Shown: positions 9,939-19,086 of the stretch, piece by piece | Numbering within the stretch: the first letter of the stretch is position 1 | Layout of the letters: each line of letters opens with the position of its first letter | DNA from: an uncultured Acidobacteriota bacterium | GTDB lineage: Bacteria; Acidobacteriota; Vicinamibacteria; Vicinamibacterales; 2-12-FULL-66-21 | Reading direction: 5' to 3' | Assembly: GCA_963804795.1 (NCBI GenBank) | Contig: CAWDRS010000012.1 | Span: forward strand, 207,322 to 271,321 | DNA: 64,000 nucleotides | Program-made: the position numbers and the translations under genes | Notes under the pieces: generated by a model | Database searches by the model: none | Seen by the model: only the letters and a program-made list of their open reading frames with translations | Told to the model about the DNA's origin: nothing

Positions 9939-10020
9939 CTTCCGCCTGACCAGCCTCCGCCAAGGCTACGGCGGTCCGCCGGAGCGCTTCGCGCGAAGGC
10001 GGAAGGCGGAAGCCACACGA
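9939..10020 (-). repeat. Family-B 82-bp MITE-like repeat, copy B1
   Basis: Reverse complement matches 12809..12890 at 78/82 positions. Ends carry GGCTTCCGCC / GGCGGAAGCC inverted termini. Confidence 0.7.
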
Positions 10021-10095
10021 GAGCGGAAGACACGAGAAAAGACGCGCTGCAGCTTTCCAGACGGAGGCGCCCATGGATCCTCGGGTCACCCCACC

Positions 10096-10264
10096 AGTCT
10101 CATCCGAGGGGCTTCGCCCCTCGGACTCCCCTACACGCGCGCTCGCGCGCCGCTGCGCCGGCACGCTTCCGCCTCCGCGCGAAGCGCTACGGCGAGACCT
10201 CGCCGAAGCCTTGGCGTAGGCGGGCCGCTCGCGTGGCTCGCTCACTGGCGTTGGCTCGCATCGT
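10096..10264 (-). repeat. Family-A 169-bp dispersed repeat, copy A1
   Basis: Reverse complement matches 55364..55532 at 165/169 positions. Contains hairpin CCGAGGGGC-GAA-GCCCCTCGG. Ends 18 bp before the ADOP start codon. Confidence 0.8.
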
Positions 10265-10281
10265 CGAACGAGCGGCAGGTT

Positions 10282-12789
10282 ATGAGACGGCTTCTAGTGC
10301 TGAGATTCGAAGGGATCAGCCGGGATGCCCGGCACGCGTTCCGCTCGCTGGCTCGAAGCCGCGGCTTCACCGCCGTCGCGATGTTGACGATGGCGATCGG
10401 TATCGGCAGCACGACCACGCTCTTCAGTCTCGTCTACGGCGTTCTCTTCAGGCCGCTGCCCTGGCCCGAGCCTGATCGCCTGGTCCGGATCGAGGAGCGC
10501 CGTGGCGGGAAACCCGGGCGCATTCCGTGGACCATCAGCAACGCGACGTATCTCGAATGGCGGAGCAATCATTCGACCATCGAAGACCTGGGCGCCTGGC
10601 GCTGGCAGTCGGTCACGATGAGCGGGGAAGGTGATGCCCGACAGCTGAACGTCGCCGCTGTCACTCCCAGTCTCTTCGGCCTGCTGCGCGCTCATCCGAT
10701 CGTCGGCCGGACATTCGTAGAGGACGACGCGACAGAGGAGCCAAACGTCCTCCTCATCGGCCACGCGATGTGGCAGCGGAGCTTCGCCGCCCGCGAAGAC
10801 ATCATCGGCCGCGTCGTGCAACTGGCGGGTCGTTCGTTCACTATCGTCGGAGTGATGCCTCGCGGCTTCACGTTCCCGCAGAAAGACACCGATGCCTGGA
10901 GGCCTATGCGCGTGGCTCCGGTGGCGGGGAAGGGCGGCGTTCGAAGCCTGATGATCATGCCAGTGCTCGCGCGGCTCCGGCCTGGTGTGACGGCCGCCCA
11001 GGCCGCAGCAGAAGCGACTGCGCGCGCGCGATCGGCGCCCGACATCGCATCCGGCGGCATGTCTCTCGCGCTCTTCGGCAGCGGCGGGGAAGCGTCGGTC
11101 CAGGCCGGTGAGGCGGTAGAGGTGCTGACCTCTGAGATGCGGCCGGGACTCTTGCTGCTGCTCGGCGCGGTCATCCTGCTGTTCCTGGCGTCCACATCGA
11201 GCGTCGTCCTGCTGCAGATGGCGCGAGCCGCCACTCGGCGCCGTGAAATGGCCGTTCGCATGGCCATCGGTGCGGGCCTCGCCCGCCTCGCGCGCGGGTG
11301 GGTGCTCGAAAGCCTGCTGCTGGCGTGTGGCGGTGGCCTCGCCGGAGTTGTGCTCTCGTTCGTCGTGCATCGATCGCTTCCGGGCTTGCTTCCCGCGGAC
11401 TTCCCGCGGCTGGAGGACGTGCGCATCGATGCACTGGTGGCGTCCCTCGCGATCGGCCTGGCGGTTCTGTCCGGGATGGCCGCCGGTCTCGTTCCGGCGC
11501 TCCAGACGCGTCACCGCAGCCTCGTCGAGTCGCTCAGTGAGCATGGCGGCAGCCTCGAGGGAGGATCGCGCACCCGCAGCGCGCGGATGCGTGGACTGCT
11601 GATGGGCGGACAGGTCGCGATCGCGTGCGCCCTGCTGGCGGGCGCCGGCCTCTTGGGCCGTAGCTTCGTGGCGCTGCTGGCGGCCGACCGCGGCTACGAT
11701 CCGCACAACGTGCTGACAGCGCGCATCCCGCTTCCCCGTCCGTCCACCTTCGGCGAGCGCGCGGATCTACTCGATCGGATTCGTGAGCGGCTGTTGATGG
11801 TCCCTGGCGTCACGAACGTTGCGTTCGGGAACGCTTTGCCCTTCGTGACGAGCGGCGGCTTCCGCGGCTTCAACTTCCCGTCCCCGACACGACCCGGAGA
11901 GACCATCGATGTGTCGTCGATGGTGCGCGTGGTCAGCCCAGGGTACTTCGCCGCTCTGCGACTGCGTACGCTGGCAGGCCGCGCGCTGGACGACACCGAC
12001 ACGTCAACCTCCCGACCGGTTGTTGTCGTCAACCGGACGTTCGCGAGCACCTACCTCGGACCCGATCCGCTGGGCGCCAGACTCGCGCTCAGGCTCGGTA
12101 GTCACCGCGAGTGGGAGGTGGTCGGTGTTGTCGACGATATGCGACAAGGAGGCATGATCGGACGCCCGCCTGCGCCGTTCGGTGGGGTAGGCGACCCACC
12201 GCTCGCGGAGTTCTTCTTCGCGACGCGGCAGTGGCCGGCTCAGGTATCTGAGTTGATTCTCGCCGTGCGCACGACCGGTGATCCAACCCCGCTGACACCC
12301 ACGCTCGGTGCCATCCTCCGGCAGGAGGATGCCGCGCTGGCCCTGGACTCGGTGATGACGATGGACGGCAGGGTGGTCGAGAGTCTGGCGCGCCCGCGAA
12401 TCTATGCCGTCCTCCTTGCGGCGTTCGCGCTCTGTTCGGTCACGATCGCCATGGTGGGCTTGTTCGGGATCCTGGCGTACACGACCGCGCGGCGCACTCG
12501 CGAAATCGGCATTCGCGCCGCCCTTGGTGCCCGGCCGCGCGACGTCGCGGGGCTCGTGATTCGGCAGGCACTCACGGTCGCTGCCGGCGGCGCCTCAGCA
12601 GGTGTGGCGCTGGCGTTTATGGGGGGACGTCTGATGTCGACGCTTCTCTACGGAGTCTCGTCGGCCGATCCGGTCAGCTTCACCGCGGCGCCGGCCTTGC
12701 TGATCGCCACATCGCTCGTCGCGTGCGCGATTCCTGCACGCCGTGCCGCCCGAGTGGATCCGCTGGTGGCACTGCGCAGAGGGGACTAG
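10282..12789 (+). CDS. ADOP-family duplicated orphan permease (MacB-like core plus two FtsX modules)
   Basis: 835 aa. Signature N-terminus ISRDARHAFRSLARSRGFTAVAMLTMAIGIGSTTTLFSLVYGVLFRPLPWPEPDRLVRI; C-terminus IPARRAARVDPLVALRRGD. No neighbouring ATPase. Confidence 0.9.
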   Translation: MRRLLVLRFEGISRDARHAFRSLARSRGFTAVAMLTMAIGIGSTTTLFSLVYGVLFRPLPWPEPDRLVRIEERRGGKPGRIPWTISNATYLEWRSNHSTIEDLGAWRWQSVTMSGEGDARQLNVAAVTPSLFGLLRAHPIVGRTFVEDDATEEPNVLLIGHAMWQRSFAAREDIIGRVVQLAGRSFTIVGVMPRGFTFPQKDTDAWRPMRVAPVAGKGGVRSLMIMPVLARLRPGVTAAQAAAEATARARSAPDIASGGMSLALFGSGGEASVQAGEAVEVLTSEMRPGLLLLLGAVILLFLASTSSVVLLQMARAATRRREMAVRMAIGAGLARLARGWVLESLLLACGGGLAGVVLSFVVHRSLPGLLPADFPRLEDVRIDALVASLAIGLAVLSGMAAGLVPALQTRHRSLVESLSEHGGSLEGGSRTRSARMRGLLMGGQVAIACALLAGAGLLGRSFVALLAADRGYDPHNVLTARIPLPRPSTFGERADLLDRIRERLLMVPGVTNVAFGNALPFVTSGGFRGFNFPSPTRPGETIDVSSMVRVVSPGYFAALRLRTLAGRALDDTDTSTSRPVVVVNRTFASTYLGPDPLGARLALRLGSHREWEVVGVVDDMRQGGMIGRPPAPFGGVGDPPLAEFFFATRQWPAQVSELILAVRTTGDPTPLTPTLGAILRQEDAALALDSVMTMDGRVVESLARPRIYAVLLAAFALCSVTIAMVGLFGILAYTTARRTREIGIRAALGARPRDVAGLVIRQALTVAAGGASAGVALAFMGGRLMSTLLYGVSSADPVSFTAAPALLIATSLVACAIPARRAARVDPLVALRRGD

Positions 12790-12808
12790 GCCCGACCCTG
12801 AACCTATT

Positions 12809-12890
12809 TCGTGTAGCTTCCGCATTCCGCCTTCGCGCGAAGCGCTCCGGCAGACCGCCGTAGTCTTGGCGGAGGCTGGTCAGGCGGAAG
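12809..12890 (+). repeat. Family-B 82-bp MITE-like repeat, copy B2
   Basis: 95% identical to the reverse complement of B1. Lies 20 bp after the ADOP stop, inside a split 15-bp inverted repeat (12788..12802 and 12911..12925). Confidence 0.7.
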
Positions 12891-12923
12891 GTCGCGGTTT
12901 TCTACAGATTCTTCAGGTCGGCC

Positions 12924-14315
12924 CTACCGCTGGACACCGGGGACCGCCACACCGGTCTCCAGCTTCAGCTCCGACAGGCTCTGCGCGCGATTCTCTACGG
13001 CGCCGCCTTTGACGAATCGGCTGTCCGCGAGCGGCGCGTACACCTCCAGGCTCGCCTGGGGCAGACCACCCCTCGACAGCGTCGCCGCCTCGTCTGCGCT
13101 CAGCGCGGACCGGTAGATCAGGATGTCGCGCGCATCCATTCGTCTGGAAGGCGCGGGGCCACCGACCACGAACCCGGTCGGCGCGAGCCGTTCGGATGCG
13201 CGGCCGGCGAACACTCCGTCGACGAAGAACAACGTCTCGCCCCGAGCCGTGTAATGAGTGACGAGCAGCTGGTGCCACCTCGCATCCGCGGGCACCTTTG
13301 ATGCGACCTGCTCCCCGCGTGTGGAGGTGTAGGTCCAGACGCCACGCCGTATCCCAACGGTGGCAGCCGAAGGTTCGCCCTGGCTGAGAGTCGTGGACGC
13401 AATCGTGACGGGTGCCTGGGCGGCGCGCGTCACGGTCTTGGTGCTCGTCGTCGCCTGCAGGGTCGTGCCGGTCACCCGCGCAATCGTTCCTTCGCCGGTG
13501 GCGCGAAGCGTCATCCCGAAGGCAAACGGGTGCATCGGCGTGTCCGGAAAGAACGTCAGCGCGCCGCCCGTGAGCCGGGCGAATCGGGATCCCCCGGAAC
13601 GTCGGGGTGAAGGTTTGCCCCGCTCGAGCGCCTCGAACAGCGACGGGACGAACGTCATGGCGAGCTCGGCGTGGCCCGCCGCGTTCGGGTGGAGGCTGTC
13701 CCACCAGAACCCATCGGCCCATTTTCCGGTGCCATCGTCGACGGCGCCCAGCAGGTTGACGCTCGGCACGTCCCACCCGTTGATCTCCGCGTTCGTCCGC
13801 AGCGTGTAACCGTACTCCACGTCAGTGAAGTCGTTTCGGGTGTAGCACAGCGTCACGATCGGCACGATGCCCTCCGAGCGGCTCCGATCGACGACGGCTT
13901 TGATGCCCTTCAGGAACCGCTCGAAGACAACGTCCTTCGCCGCCGGACCCTCAGCCCCACGAATGCCTTCGTTGCCGAGTGACAGGGCGATCACGACATA
14001 GCCCGGTTGCACGGGTAACAGAAAGCGTGTGCCCGGCGCCGACTCGCCCGACGCCGCGAAGCGCGACATCAACATCGTCGTGTTGTCGCCCGGCCTGGAC
14101 TGATTCACCACCTCCCAGCCGCGCGGCTGGAGGAGTCCGCGTAACAGTCCCGCATAACCCTCCTGCCCCGACTCGTCGCCGGTGCCACCCGCCACCGAGG
14201 AGCCGAAGATTGCAATCCTTCGGACGACGGCGGGCTGGACGGCCTGTTTCGCGAGCACGACAGCGATGCTCGCGATCGCACAGGCAGCGACGACAACAGG
14301 TTTCAGGCGGCGCAT
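12924..14315 (-). CDS. Secreted SGNH/GDSL hydrolase fused to a LamG/concanavalin-like domain
   Basis: Signal anchor, then IAIFGSSVAGG (block I Ser), LSLGNEG, WDSLHPN (DxxH block V). C-terminal LamG-like beta-rich domain (WHQLLVTHYTARGETLFFVDGVFAG). Confidence 0.7.
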   Translation of the reverse strand: MRRLKPVVVAACAIASIAVVLAKQAVQPAVVRRIAIFGSSVAGGTGDESGQEGYAGLLRGLLQPRGWEVVNQSRPGDNTTMLMSRFAASGESAPGTRFLLPVQPGYVVIALSLGNEGIRGAEGPAAKDVVFERFLKGIKAVVDRSRSEGIVPIVTLCYTRNDFTDVEYGYTLRTNAEINGWDVPSVNLLGAVDDGTGKWADGFWWDSLHPNAAGHAELAMTFVPSLFEALERGKPSPRRSGGSRFARLTGGALTFFPDTPMHPFAFGMTLRATGEGTIARVTGTTLQATTSTKTVTRAAQAPVTIASTTLSQGEPSAATVGIRRGVWTYTSTRGEQVASKVPADARWHQLLVTHYTARGETLFFVDGVFAGRASERLAPTGFVVGGPAPSRRMDARDILIYRSALSADEAATLSRGGLPQASLEVYAPLADSRFVKGGAVENRAQSLSELKLETGVAVPGVQR

Positions 14316-14387
14316 CAGCGATTTCTGCCGCCATCCTACTGCGAGTCGGGCGAATGTGGAGCCTGAAGAGCCTGTGAAAAGACCGGA

Positions 14388-14449
14388 CTCGTGGCTTCCA
14401 CCTTCAGGTGGAAGGGCTTCGCGCGAAGGCGGAAGGCGGAAGCCACGAG
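14388..14449. repeat. Family-B short variant (B3), 62-bp self-complementary element
   Basis: CTCGTGGCTTCC at 14388..14399 is the reverse complement of GGAAGCCACGAG at 14438..14449. The interior shares GCTTCGCGCGAAGGCGGAAGGCGGAAGCCAC with B1. Confidence 0.6.
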
Positions 14450-14466
14450 CTCGGATTCACACCGGA

Positions 14467-14862
14467 TCACGAGGCCAGCCGTCTCATTCCAGTCCCCATC
14501 CAACCGGCCGCCTTGAACTGCAACAGGGCGAAGATCGCGACAACGAATGCAACCGCGATCGTCAACACTCGAGCAATCGGTGCGATCTCTGACCAGAACG
14601 TCATCAGCACCAGGGCGCTCCCGACGACCCAGGCATCGTCCACGAGCGTGAACGTGAGGAGCGATCGCCGGCTGATCGCGTTCTGCCGGGCCACGGCCCA
14701 AAGCGCGGCGGCATAGGCCAGCAAACCCACCGCGATCGCGTCCAGCAGGAGCGGCGAGCTCAATCCGAAGAGGGAATACAGAGTCCCTCGGCCGAGGAGC
14801 ATGGCGACGGCGCATCCGGCCGTCGAGAGCGCGTTGAGGTTCAGAATGCGATTCGGTGTCAT
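14467..14862 (-). CDS. Four-TM membrane protein of unknown function
   Basis: ATG 14862 preceded by AAGGAG. Hydrophobic throughout (LNALSTAGCAVAMLLG..., IAVAFVVAIFALLQF). Divergent from the MmyB-like regulator. Confidence 0.55.
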   Translation of the reverse strand: MTPNRILNLNALSTAGCAVAMLLGRGTLYSLFGLSSPLLLDAIAVGLLAYAAALWAVARQNAISRRSLLTFTLVDDAWVVGSALVLMTFWSEIAPIARVLTIAVAFVVAIFALLQFKAAGWMGTGMRRLAS

Positions 14863-14975
14863 GTGCCCAACTCCTTTGAAGCGGTTCGTGAGCACAGCAT
14901 CGCCGGCCGCGGGGCCGCTCGCAATTACCTCACAGGTAATGGAACACGAGCGCCCGCGCAGATAGGATTGAGCCC

Positions 14976-15812
14976 ATGTCGACCTCGATGCAGCCGAGAG
15001 AATCAGGACGGGACGGCGCGGCGGTGGGCAGCCTCCTGCGCGAATGGCGGACGGCGCGCGGTGTCAGCCAGCTCGATCTGGCGATGCGCGCGGGCTTCTC
15101 GGCCCGCCACGTCAGCTTCATCGAAACGGGGCGGGCACAGCCCAGCCGACAGGCGGTCCTCGTGCTGGCGGAAGCGCTGGATGTTCCGCTTCGCGACCGC
15201 AACCGCCTCCTCGAAGCGGGCGGCTTTGCGCACCTGTATCGCCACACGCCGCTCGACGCGGAGGAACTGCGGCACATCCGCAGCATGCTCCAGTTCATCC
15301 TCGACCGGCACGAGCCCTTCGGCGCCGTCGTGCTCGACCGCTATTCGAACCTGGTCATGACGAACCAGGCGTCACAGCAACTGTTCGCCGCGATCGTCGA
15401 GCCCGGCCTGATCGCTGAGACGCCGAACATCCTTCGGCTGGTCTTTGACGAGTCCGGTCTGCGGCGTTGGATCGTGAACTGGCCCGAAGTGTCGGAGCAT
15501 CTTCTGAGCCGCTGCGAACGTGAACTGGGTGGACCCTCCGCCGACGAAGTCTCGCGCAGCTTGCTTGCCGAGATCCGCCGGCTTGCCGGCGGATCTGCCA
15601 CCGTGCGTCACCCGCAGCCGCTGAAGCCCGCGGACATCCTGCTGCCGGTCCACATCCGGCGCGGGGAAATCGACATCCGGCTGTTCAGCACCATCATGAC
15701 GCTCGGCACGCCGCAGGACGTCACGTTGCAGGAGCTTCGAATCGAAACATTCCTTCCGGCCGATCCGGAGTCAGAGGCCAGGATTCGCGCGATGCGGGCC
15801 GTTCAGTCGTAG
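14976..15812 (+). CDS. MmyB-family (XRE HTH plus MmyB-like sensor) transcriptional regulator
   Basis: LLREWRTARGVSQLDLAMRAGFSARHVSFIETGRAQPSRQAVLVLAEALDVP HTH, followed by the conserved MmyB C-terminal region (ILDRHEPFGAVVLDRYSNLVMTNQA). Confidence 0.8.
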   Translation: MSTSMQPRESGRDGAAVGSLLREWRTARGVSQLDLAMRAGFSARHVSFIETGRAQPSRQAVLVLAEALDVPLRDRNRLLEAGGFAHLYRHTPLDAEELRHIRSMLQFILDRHEPFGAVVLDRYSNLVMTNQASQQLFAAIVEPGLIAETPNILRLVFDESGLRRWIVNWPEVSEHLLSRCERELGGPSADEVSRSLLAEIRRLAGGSATVRHPQPLKPADILLPVHIRRGEIDIRLFSTIMTLGTPQDVTLQELRIETFLPADPESEARIRAMRAVQS

Positions 15813-15884
15813 GCCCGACGTTCAGGTCGGGCCTGTCAATCGGCGAAGGGACCGGCGGCGAGCCGCCCGACCTGAAGGTCGGGC
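15811..15884. terminator. Pair of GC hairpins between convergent genes
   Basis: AGGCCCGAC-GTTCAG-GTCGGGCCT (15811..15834) and GCCCGAC-CTGAAG-GTCGGGC (15865..15884). They fill the gap between stop 15812 (+) and stop 15885 (-). No U-tract. Confidence 0.5.
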
Positions 15885-16820
15885 CTACTTCGATTCTGCG
15901 TAGAACGACCGCGCGGCGGCCCCGACGCGGTTGGGGGTCGTCCAGGACGGATACTTCGTCTGGAGCTCGGACGTCACCGTCGAGGCCACATCGTCTGCGG
16001 TCCGCCCTTGCGCTTTCAAATCGGCGACCCGCGTGCGGATCTGGAGCAGCACGGCCCGCTGCCGGTCAATCAGGCTTGCGCTGCCCATCACGCCGTGGCT
16101 CGGAACGATGCGAGTGGGCCGAAGCGCTTCGAGTTGGTCGAGGACTCGCAGCCACGCCGCCCCGCTCGATTGAGCCCCGAAGGCGAGGAACCGCTGGCTC
16201 ATCACGATATCGCCGGAGAACAGGACGCGATCCTGCTCGACGAACGCGATCGTGTCGCCGCGCGTGTGCGTCGGTCCGAGCGCGCGCAGCACCACGCTCA
16301 CGCCCCCCAGATCGAGCCGATATTCGGTATCGAACAACACATCGGGCTTGCGAAACTGCACGTTGTTCAGGAGCTCCCCATTGAGCGGCGTCATGCCGGC
16401 AAACTGCTTCATCATGCCGGGCCCGAGCTCTTCGATATCCTGCTGCTGGACCCGCGCCACGATGAATCTCGCGCCGGCCGGAAGAGCCGACGCGCCTCCC
16501 GCGTGTTCGGGATGGAAATGCGTCGCCACGAGATAGAGATCGGCGTTACGACTGACCTTTGCCGTTTCGCGGAGGATGGTCTCCATGTTGCGCGGCCCAA
16601 GGCCCGTGTCGACAATCAGGGTGCCCTTGCTACCGACGACGATCCCGACGTTCGGCACCATTCCGACGTTGCCGTCGGGGATGACGTAGACGTGATCCGA
16701 AGCCTTGACCGTCGCATTCTCTTTGACAAGGGGAGGCTGCGGCGGCGTCTGGGATGGTTGTGCCCAGGCAGGGACGCCGGCAGCGAAAGCGAGTAGCGTC
16801 ATCGCGAAGCGGATTTTCAT
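15885..16820 (-). CDS. Secreted MBL-fold metallo-hydrolase
   Basis: Signal peptide MKIRFAMTLLAFAAGVPAWA. Metal motif THFHPEHAGG. 311 aa. Confidence 0.8.
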   Translation of the reverse strand: MKIRFAMTLLAFAAGVPAWAQPSQTPPQPPLVKENATVKASDHVYVIPDGNVGMVPNVGIVVGSKGTLIVDTGLGPRNMETILRETAKVSRNADLYLVATHFHPEHAGGASALPAGARFIVARVQQQDIEELGPGMMKQFAGMTPLNGELLNNVQFRKPDVLFDTEYRLDLGGVSVVLRALGPTHTRGDTIAFVEQDRVLFSGDIVMSQRFLAFGAQSSGAAWLRVLDQLEALRPTRIVPSHGVMGSASLIDRQRAVLLQIRTRVADLKAQGRTADDVASTVTSELQTKYPSWTTPNRVGAAARSFYAESK

Positions 16821-16892
16821 CTTCAGAACCCCACAACGGTGGAAGAGGTTTCAGACATCGTGCGCCTGGAAACCATATCAGACGAGCTTTCC

Positions 16893-16921
16893 TTGACACC
16901 CCTTGCCGGTGTTGGTACACA
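16893..16921 (+). promoter_or_regulatory. Sigma70-like promoter candidate TTGACA-17-TACACA
   Basis: Perfect -35 at 16893..16898, 17-nt spacer, TACACA(AT) at 16916. About 300 nt upstream of sbp ATG 17227. Confidence 0.35.
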
Positions 16922-17226
16922 ATATCGAGAGCTCATGGGTTCTCCCTGTCGCCGTTGTCGCTGCGCCTGCCGACTGACGTGTCGGTGCGGGTGTATCGTG
17001 CCGACGATCGCCAGGTGAGAGGTCCAGCAACGTTTTTTCCTGCCGCACCCTCCTCCGGCTCGCTCGTCGGCTCTCCCTTTCGCGCTGCTGATTCTCGCTG
17101 ATTATCGTCGAGCGCATGCGCTGCCTTCTGGCGGATGCCGCTCAGGAGAAGCCTTGCCGTTGAACCGTTTTTGAAGGCGCCTGACACATGGCGGCCGGAA
17201 CAGGGAATTGAAATGATCTCGGAGAA

Positions 17227-18239
17227 ATGGCAATGAGGATGTGTTTTCGCGTGCCTGGCATCGTTGCGCTGGCGATGGCTCTCGCCACACCGGCCCTCGG
17301 GCAGAACCTTCTGAATGTGTCGTACGACCCGACACGCGAGCTGTACGCCGACTACGACGCCGCGTTCGTCAAGTACCTGGCAAGCGAAATCGCAACAGAC
17401 CGTCAGGATCCAGCAGTCGCACGGCGGCTCGGGAGGCCAGGCGCGCGCGGTGATCGACGGTCTGGAGGCTGACGTGGTCACGCTCGCGCTCGGCTACGAC
17501 ATCGATGCGGTGCAGCAGAGCGGGCTGATCAACCCCGGCTGGCAGAAGCGCCTCCCGCAGAACAGCTCACCGTACACATCGACGATCGTGTTCCTGGTAC
17601 GGAAGGGCAACCCGAAGGGCATCAAGGACTGGGCGGATCTCGTCAAGCCGGGCACCGCCGTCATCACGCCGAACCCGAAGACGTCGGGCGGCGCGCGATG
17701 GAACTACCTCGCCGCCTGGGAGTACGCGAAGCGGCAGAATGGTGGCAGCGACGCCAAGGCGCGCGAGTTCATGACGCAGCTGTTCCGTAACGTTCCGGTC
17801 CTCGACTCCGGCGCACGAGGCGCGACGACTACATTCGTCCAGCGTGGCATCGGCGACGTCCTGCTCGCGTGGGAGAACGAAGCCTACCTGGCCCTCCAGG
17901 AAGCGAAAGACAGAGTCGAAGTCGTGACGCCGTCGGTCAGCATCCTCGCGGAGCCTCCCGTTGCCGTCGTCGACAAGAACGTGGACAGGAAGGGGACTCG
18001 TGCAATCGCCGAAGCGTACCTGCAGTACTCTGTATTCGCCCGAAGGGCAGGAGATTGCCGCGAAGCATCACTACCGGCCGCGAGACGCCAAGATTCTGGC
18101 GAAATACCAGGGACGGTTCGCCAGCGTGAAGCTCTTCACGATCGACGAGGCGTTCGGCGGATGGCAGAACGCGCAGAAGGCGCACTTCGCGGATGGCGGA
18201 AGCTTCGACCAGATCTACAAACCTGGGGCGCGGCGGTAG
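17227..18239 (+). pseudogene. sbp: Sulfate/thiosulfate ABC substrate-binding protein, interrupted by two +1 frameshifts
   Basis: The homolog is spread over three frames: 17227.. (signal peptide, [21 protein letters not shown]); 17378.. ([41 protein letters not shown]...[16 protein letters not shown]...GATTTF); 18030.. ([19 protein letters not shown]...[16 protein letters not shown]). Extra bases at ~17377 and ~18029. Restored length ~336 aa. Confidence 0.85.
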
Positions 18240-18249
18240 AATCGATCTC

Positions 18250-19080
18250 TTGGCCACCTCGAACCGCCGCCGCGTGCTGCCCGGATTCCGCCTGACGATG
18301 GGGTTCACGGTCCTGTACCTGTGCCTCGTCGTGCTGGTGCCGTTGAGCACGCTGCCGCTCAAAACGGCGACCTCGACCTGGGCCACGATCTGGAGCACGA
18401 TCTCCGATCCGCGCGTCGTCGCTTCGTATCGTCTGAGCCTGGGGGCCTCCCTCGTCGCTGCGCTCGTCAATGCCGTGTTCGGAGGGCTGGCCGCGTGGGT
18501 GCTCGTGCGATACGACTTCCCAGGACGACGGCTGGTCGACGCGCTGATCGACCTGCCGTTCGCGTTGCCCACAGCCGTTGCTGGCATCACGCTGACCGCG
18601 ATCTACGCGCCGAACGGCTGGCTCGGCCGGCCTCTCGACGCGTACGGCATCAAGGTCGCCTACACTCCGCTCGGCGTGACGATCGCGCTCATCTTCATCG
18701 GCCTTCCGTTCGTGGTGCGTACCCTCCAGCCGGTCATCGAGGATCTCGACCACGAGGTCGAAGAGGCGGCGACAAGCCTTGGCGCGAGCCGTTTCCATGT
18801 GGTCACGCGGGTGATCCTGCCGTACCTGTTTCCGGCGTGGTTGACCGGCTTTGCGCTGGCCTTTGCCAGGGCAGTAGGGGAGTACGGCTCGGTCGTCTTC
18901 ATCTCCGGCAACATGCCCATGCTGACGGAGATCTCGCCATTGCTCATCATCACGAAGCTGGAGCAGTTCGACTACGCGGGCGCGACCGCAATCGCCCTGG
19001 TGATGCTGACCATGTCGTTCGTGCTGCTCCTCGGCATCAACGCGCTCCAGCAATGGAGCGGGCGGCACCTGGCCAACTGA
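18250..19080 (+). CDS. cysT: Sulfate ABC transporter permease CysT
   Basis: [30 protein letters not shown] aligns with E. coli CysT SSRRVLPGFTLSLG. EAA loop [12 protein letters not shown]. Start uncertain: TTG 18250 chosen; ATG 18193 would overlap sbp. Confidence 0.85.
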   Translation: MATSNRRRVLPGFRLTMGFTVLYLCLVVLVPLSTLPLKTATSTWATIWSTISDPRVVASYRLSLGASLVAALVNAVFGGLAAWVLVRYDFPGRRLVDALIDLPFALPTAVAGITLTAIYAPNGWLGRPLDAYGIKVAYTPLGVTIALIFIGLPFVVRTLQPVIEDLDHEVEEAATSLGASRFHVVTRVILPYLFPAWLTGFALAFARAVGEYGSVVFISGNMPMLTEISPLLIITKLEQFDYAGATAIALVMLTMSFVLLLGINALQQWSGRHLAN

Positions 19081-19086
19081 GACGAC

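Noticed and set aside
9858-10281. ORFs 9724..10245 (-), 9879..10475 (+) and 55299..55616 (+) as real small proteins.
   Set aside because: They are translations of the family A/B repeats. The same peptide appears at unrelated loci, in both orientations, in intergenic positions.
16922-17226. SAM-I/SAM-IV riboswitch in the sbp leader.
   Set aside because: I could not find the conserved cores (e.g. GAGGGA...GCCC...GCAACC, AGA..GGTGC.AA). An Rfam scan is still needed.
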